From a virus (taxonomy: Duplodnaviria; Caudoviricetes), in IMG/VR virus record IMGVR_UViG_3300045922_000842, positions 1 through 54,421 of that record: a stretch of DNA of 54,421 bases; one strand, 5' to 3'. Positions within the stretch are counted from its first letter, which is position 1; each line of letters opens with the position of its first letter. Below the pieces are notes generated by a model. The model was given only the letters and a program-made list of their open reading frames with translations, did not search any database and was not told the DNA's origin. This document shows positions 49,962-54,421 of this stretch, piece after piece. The translations under genes and the position numbers were made by a program.

Positions 49962-49976
49962 AGTACCTCCAAGCTA

Positions 49977-49986
49977 TTAACATATA
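49977..49986 (+). promoter_or_regulatory. TTAACATATA motif, putative late promoter for the terminase operon
   Basis: Lies in the divergent intergenic region. Confidence 0.45.
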
Positions 49987-50100
49987 CTATGAGAAACGAA
50001 AAAACAAGGGGCAATGTGCTATTGCACAAAAAAATTTTAAACAAGCCGTCACGTTAAGTAGTAATCTCAAGTTGGTCCGATATGGAAATTGGAGAGTTTT

Positions 50101-50364
50101 ATGATTAAAAAACTAGATATAGTTTTGACGGTAGCCATTGCTTTGGGCATTCGCGCCCTTATTGATATGAGTATTGCCCAAGCCCTAGTAGCACTCGGTT
50201 TCCTTGGCGTACTCGCCTATACTAAGTATTTAGAAAGCAAAAAACAACCAGACTATGTTAGTATGTTTAAAAGTGAGCTTGACGACGTAAAAAGCAAAAT
50301 GTCGTCACTTTATGTTAAACAAGCCGTAAAAACTCAGAATACCGAAGGTAAGAGATTTTTCTAA
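50101..50364 (+). CDS. Small two-TM protein with coiled C-terminus
   Basis: GGAGAG RBS; two hydrophobic helices. Confidence 0.55.
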   Translation: MIKKLDIVLTVAIALGIRALIDMSIAQALVALGFLGVLAYTKYLESKKQPDYVSMFKSELDDVKSKMSSLYVKQAVKTQNTEGKRFF

Positions 50365-50777
50365 TGAGTAATGTAATTGATATAAACGAACTCCGTAAAA
50401 AAGCGGAGTCTATTTCTAAACCAAAAGACTTAAAAGCTTTTATTGAAGCTCAGCATGAACTCATTGGTAAGTTACAAAGAGATTTAATTTTTCTTCAAGA
50501 CAAACTCAAAGATGCTGAAAGATTGCTTCTATCCGCACCTAAGACTCAGCTATCAGTTAGTCCAGAGGAAATGATTTGTATTGAACAAATTGAAATGCTG
50601 CGCAATAGGTCTTATGGTCGAGAGCTTTCTTTGGATGAAGTAAAGCGCCTTGATTTGCTTGTTAAAAACCTAAGACTTATTCGTGAACAATCAACCCAGG
50701 TATTAAATACTACCGCATACGAACATATTAAGGAAGATGAGCTCCTCTCAATTGCCGCAAAAAGCGAGGATAGATAA
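50364..50777 (+). CDS. Possible terminase small subunit
   Basis: Helical 137-aa protein directly upstream of, and overlapping, terL; positional only. Confidence 0.4.
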   Translation: MSNVIDINELRKKAESISKPKDLKAFIEAQHELIGKLQRDLIFLQDKLKDAERLLLSAPKTQLSVSPEEMICIEQIEMLRNRSYGRELSLDEVKRLDLLVKNLRLIREQSTQVLNTTAYEHIKEDELLSIAAKSEDR

Positions 50778-52206
50778 GAGGCAAGCCGTCGCAGAGCTTT
50801 GGCGACGCGGCACTTTAAAATGGAAGTTGTATCCACACCAGTTGGAAATGTACGACTTTATTCATAACAACCCTGCTCCAGTATTAGTAATTGCCTCTAG
50901 CAGACAAATCGGTAAATCAACACTGTCTACCCTACTTGCTGTAGAAGAGTGCATTAAAAAACCAAATAGCATTGTTAAATTCGTTGCTCCTAAAGTAAAA
51001 GACATTAGGCGCATTATTGCACCAATTATAAGAGATTTAACAAAAGATTGCCCACCAGATGTCAGGCCAAAGTATAATACGCAGGATCATATTTATAGAT
51101 TTCCTAACGGAAGTGAAATTCAGTTAGCTGGTACAGATAATGGGCATGCAGAATCTATTCGCGGTACTAAAGCTAATTTGTGTATTATTGACGAAGCTGG
51201 GTTTTGTGATGACTTAGATTACGTTGTCAGTTCAGTTTTAGTTCCGACACTCACGACGACCGGTGGAAAAATTATAATGATTTCTACTCCATCTAAATCT
51301 CCTGACCATCCTTTTATGGAGTTTATGGCGGAGGCTGAAGCCGAGGGTAGATTCATTAAGCGAACTATTTATGACAATACAATGTTGTCTAGGGAGCAAA
51401 TTAAAAAGATTGCGGAAGCTATCGGCGGAGAAGACAGTGTTGACTTCAAACGAGAATATTTAGTAGAAAAGATTATTTCTGAGGACGATGCGGTAATTCC
51501 TGAGTTTACTGACGAGTTGCAGAAAAAAATTGTTGTAGAAACTACTCGGCCTCCATTTTTTGATTCTTATGTTTCGATGGATATTGGTGGTCGAGACTTA
51601 ACTGTTGTATTATTTGCTTTTTACGATTTTTTGGGCGGTAGGACTGTTATTGAGGATGAGCTTGTTTTTAACCGTAAAATCTTAACGGACGAGCTTGCTT
51701 ACGCAATTAAAGAAAAAGAAGAGACGCTGTGGGCACACCCTATTACCAAAGAACCACACAGACGAATACTGCGAGTTGCGGACAACAATAATATTATTCT
51801 TCTTAATGATTTAGCGGCTAAGCATGAAATTGCTTTCGTACCAACTGCAAAAGATAATAAAATTGCCGCCCTTAATAATATGCGAATGATGCTAAAAACT
51901 GGTAAAATCATTATTAATCCAAGATGTAAAACTCTTATTAGTCACCTTAAAGGTGCAATTTGGAACAAAACTAAAACAGATTTTGCTAGAAGTACCGACA
52001 AGGGTCACTACGATAGCGTATCTGCAATGATGTATTTAACTCGAAATATTAATTTGACAAAAAACCCGTATCCTGGTAACTATAGTTTTAGTGGAAAAGA
52101 AAGCGTTGTCTTCTTACAAAAAGAAGAAACTCTTTCTAATTTCGAGCGACAACTAGTTGAAAAGACCAAATCTTTTAAACTTTACAGCCGCTGGAAAAAA
52201 AACTAG
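50737..52206 (+). CDS. terL: Terminase large subunit
   Basis: SRQIGKST Walker A, IIDEA Walker B, ISTP, MDIG and HYDSVSAMMY nuclease motifs. Confidence 0.93.
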   Translation: MSSSQLPQKARIDKRQAVAELWRRGTLKWKLYPHQLEMYDFIHNNPAPVLVIASSRQIGKSTLSTLLAVEECIKKPNSIVKFVAPKVKDIRRIIAPIIRDLTKDCPPDVRPKYNTQDHIYRFPNGSEIQLAGTDNGHAESIRGTKANLCIIDEAGFCDDLDYVVSSVLVPTLTTTGGKIIMISTPSKSPDHPFMEFMAEAEAEGRFIKRTIYDNTMLSREQIKKIAEAIGGEDSVDFKREYLVEKIISEDDAVIPEFTDELQKKIVVETTRPPFFDSYVSMDIGGRDLTVVLFAFYDFLGGRTVIEDELVFNRKILTDELAYAIKEKEETLWAHPITKEPHRRILRVADNNNIILLNDLAAKHEIAFVPTAKDNKIAALNNMRMMLKTGKIIINPRCKTLISHLKGAIWNKTKTDFARSTDKGHYDSVSAMMYLTRNINLTKNPYPGNYSFSGKESVVFLQKEETLSNFERQLVEKTKSFKLYSRWKKN

Positions 52207-52560
52207 CAGCGAACTCCACCTGGGACCGTCAAAAAATGGCTTAGACTTGTATGAGAGAGCCGGATATAGATGCCGCACCCACGGGGACATGCATCACTAG
52301 GAAACGAGCATTAAGTTCCTAGCGGAAAGCCTGGCTGGAGAGTCCGTAAGGACACAGTAGTAAGCAATCGGTACAAGCGAACTTACTATAAGCGAAGACA
52401 ATTTGAGTCCGTTTAGTGACAGTTTCAAGGTCGCTAGACCATCGACTCCAGGGATTGGGGTGAAATCTTGTCGTACTTAACCTCAATCCTCGGTTGAAAA
52501 CAGTAAAACTACGACTGTTTATTCAACTAGTATATAATATATGATATATAGACCGAGGTG
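52207..52560 (+). ncRNA. Candidate structured RNA (or structured DNA site) between terL and portal
   Basis: No ORF; at least eight stems; G-U pairs and a GUAA tetraloop favour the + strand. Confidence 0.5.
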
Positions 52561-52673
52561 CGTTTAAAATTATATAGGCTTTTTTAGGATAAAATTAATA
52601 ATATTAATAGTATACCATAATATATTTAAAAAATAATTGTCTTGAAATAATGTCAGTGTTATAATTAAGCTTA

Positions 52674-52683
52674 TTAACATATA
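52674..52683 (+). promoter_or_regulatory. TTAACATATA motif, putative late promoter for the portal gene
   Basis: Starts 23 nt before the ATG, the same spacing as the 6558 copy. Confidence 0.55.
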
Positions 52684-52696
52684 AATCGAGGTACTT

Positions 52697-54421
52697 ATGT
52701 CAGAATATTTCGCTAAGAAGCCAGCTTCAGAGGCAGCAGCCGTTATCCTTTCTAGATCTGAAGATTGGTTTAAGGGTTTGTATTCAAACGGATACTTCGA
52801 TAAAGTTAAAATGAGTTGGCTTGCATACCATGGAGCATACTATGGATCTGATCACTCCATCTCTTTTGGTGGTGAGCAGGGTGAACTAGCTCAAATGGCG
52901 GTAAATCACTATAGAAATATTGGTGATTTAATGTGTACCTTAATTACAAATACACGTCTTGCATATCGAGCAAGAGCTACTAATAGTGATAGTAAGTCAC
53001 TTATTCAAACAGATTTAGCAAATGGTCTATTAGATTACTATGTTCGTCAAAAACGAATCGAAAAGTACATTCAACACTCTGTAAAGCAGGCTGTAATTTT
53101 AGGAAGCGGGTACATTAAAGTTGACTGGAACGCCACTTCAGGCGAAATATATGATTATCATCCTGAAACTAATGCCCCAATCTATGAAGGTGACATTGAA
53201 TTTTCAAATTTAGAGCCATTTGATGTTGTTTTTGATCCTAATAAAGGATCAAATGACAAACACGAGTGGGTTGTTTGTCGATCCTTTAAAAATAAATACG
53301 ATTTGGCTGCAAAATACCCTGAATTTAAAACTAAAATTGAAAATTTAGGTACAAAATCAGATTTAATTAACTATAAAACAGGTTTTACACTAGCTTCTAC
53401 TGAAAAATCGGACGACGTACCAGTTTATGAGTTTTTTCATACTCGAACTGAGTCTCTACCTGAAGGTAGATACATGTTACTTTTGTCTCCAGACTTAGTT
53501 TTAATTGATATGCCTATGCCATATCGAAGATTGCCTATTTTTAGGATCGTTCCTGCTGAAATTATGGGAACTCCGTTTGGCTATACTTCAATGTTTGACT
53601 TATTACCACTCCAAGATGCGCTAAACTCATTATATAGCACTGTTTTAACAAACCAACACGCATTTGGTGTACAGAACATTTACATCCCAAGAGGAGCTGA
53701 CATCCAATATAAGGCACTAGAGGGTGGGTTAAACATTATCGAGGGTAATTCTGGAGCTGGTGAGCCTAAGGCAATGAACTTTACTCAGACTCCGGCGGAA
53801 GTTTTTAAATTTATTGAGATGCTAAAGAAGGAAATGGAAACTATCTCTGGAATGAACTCTGTAATCAGAGGTGATCCAGAAGCTTCTATTAAATCTGGTG
53901 CAGCAATGGCCTTAGTTCAATCTATGGCTTTACAGTTTATTTCTGGCCTACAAACTCAATACATCCACTTAGTTGAAGACATTGGTATGATGGTGGTTGA
54001 GCTATTAAGAGACTTTGCCACGGTTCCAAGAGTAGCTCTTATCGCTGGTGAAAGTAATTACGGTTATGTAAAAGAGGAGTTTACTGGTGACGATTTATCT
54101 GAAGTAGACAGAGTAATTGTAGATATTGGTAATCCAATTGCCGTAACAAATGCCGGTAAAATGCAAATGGCATCGGAACTTCTCCAATATGGTCTAGTAA
54201 AAACTCCAGAAGACTATTATACTGTTTTAAATACTGGACAATTTGCTTCTTTTGTAGAAGATCCACAAAAAAGTAATAACTTTGTAAAACGAGAAAACGA
54301 AAAGCTTCTTAGGGGTCAACCTGTTAGAGCTTTAGCTACTGATGCGCACACATATCACATTAGAAAGCACAAAGCCCTACTAGATGACCCAGACATGAGA
54401 GATTCTGAAAGTCCAGTAGTC
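52697..54421 (+). CDS. Portal protein (truncated at window end; absent from the ORF track)
   Basis: GAGG RBS, ATG 52697, MSEYFAKKPASEAA..; frame appears open to the edge; VNHYRNI, GSGYIKVDW and PFDVVFDP segments are P22-like; follows terL. Confidence 0.85.
   Translation, partial: MSEYFAKKPASEAAAVILSRSEDWFKGLYSNGYFDKVKMSWLAYHGAYYGSDHSISFGGEQGELAQMAVNHYRNIGDLMCTLITNTRLAYRARATNSDSKSLIQTDLANGLLDYYVRQKRIEKYIQHSVKQAVILGSGYIKVDWNATSGEIYDYHPETNAPIYEGDIEFSNLEPFDVVFDPNKGSNDKHEWVVCRSFKNKYDLAAKYPEFKTKIENLGTKSDLINYKTGFTLASTEKSDDVPVYEFFHTRTESLPEGRYMLLLSPDLVLIDMPMPYRRLPIFRIVPAEIMGTPFGYTSMFDLLPLQDALNSLYSTVLTNQHAFGVQNIYIPRGADIQYKALEGGLNIIEGNSGAGEPKAMNFTQTPAEVFKFIEMLKKEMETISGMNSVIRGDPEASIKSGAAMALVQSMALQFISGLQTQYIHLVEDIGMMVVELLRDFATVPRVALIAGESNYGYVKEEFTGDDLSEVDRVIVDIGNPIAVTNAGKMQMASELLQYGLVKTPEDYYTVLNTGQFASFVEDPQKSNNFVKRENEKLLRGQPVRALATDAHTYHIRKHKALLDDPDMRDSESPVV

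Noticed and set aside
50054-50083. Sigma28 promoter for the terminase operon (TCCGATAT)
   Set aside because: No TAAA-like -35 box at 15-nt spacing
52335-52357. Hammerhead ribozyme (CTGGAGA-GTCC-GTAA-GGAC)
   Set aside because: The core needs CUGANGA and GAAA; here they read CUGGAGA and ACAG
52207-52560. Group I intron in terL or portal
   Set aside because: terL ends with complete nuclease motifs, the portal has its own RBS and start, and no convincing P7 (R/S) elements were seen
1-54421. Integrase, repressor or alternative genetic code
   Set aside because: No lysogeny genes recognised; long genes read through intact in the standard code, with all three stop codons used

Overview
Most of a tailed dsDNA phage genome with a podovirus-like (P22/T7-style tail and ejection protein) layout; the window cuts it at both ends. 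+ strand 1-12800: end of a tail-fibre gene, chaperone, holin, adaptor, nozzle and four Q/G/A-rich ejection-type proteins. - strand 12788-49961: replication and nucleotide genes (family A DNA polymerase with a LAGLIDADG intein, primase-helicase, ERF recombinase, PD-(D/E)XK nuclease, UDG-like protein, dUTPase, NrdA with a mini-intein, NrdB, dCMP deaminase, DUF5664) mixed with many accessory genes. These include four protease families, a PA14 lipoprotein, outer-membrane-type proteins, a dispersed MKRSE paralogue family, three tandem short-repeat ankyrin genes, and PcfJ-, PhaR- and cold-shock-like proteins. + strand 50101-end: terminase and a portal gene that the ORF track misses because it runs off the edge. 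The least explained signals are a ~260-nt structured RNA with its own promoter and a tRNA-like closing stem (28855-29114), a ~350-nt hairpin-dense element between terminase and portal, an ankyrin array whose variation is concentrated at likely binding positions, sigma28-like early promoters and a repeated TAACATAT late-promoter motif. A Bdellovibrionota-like host is an inference only. All calls come from reading motifs by eye; no searches were run.
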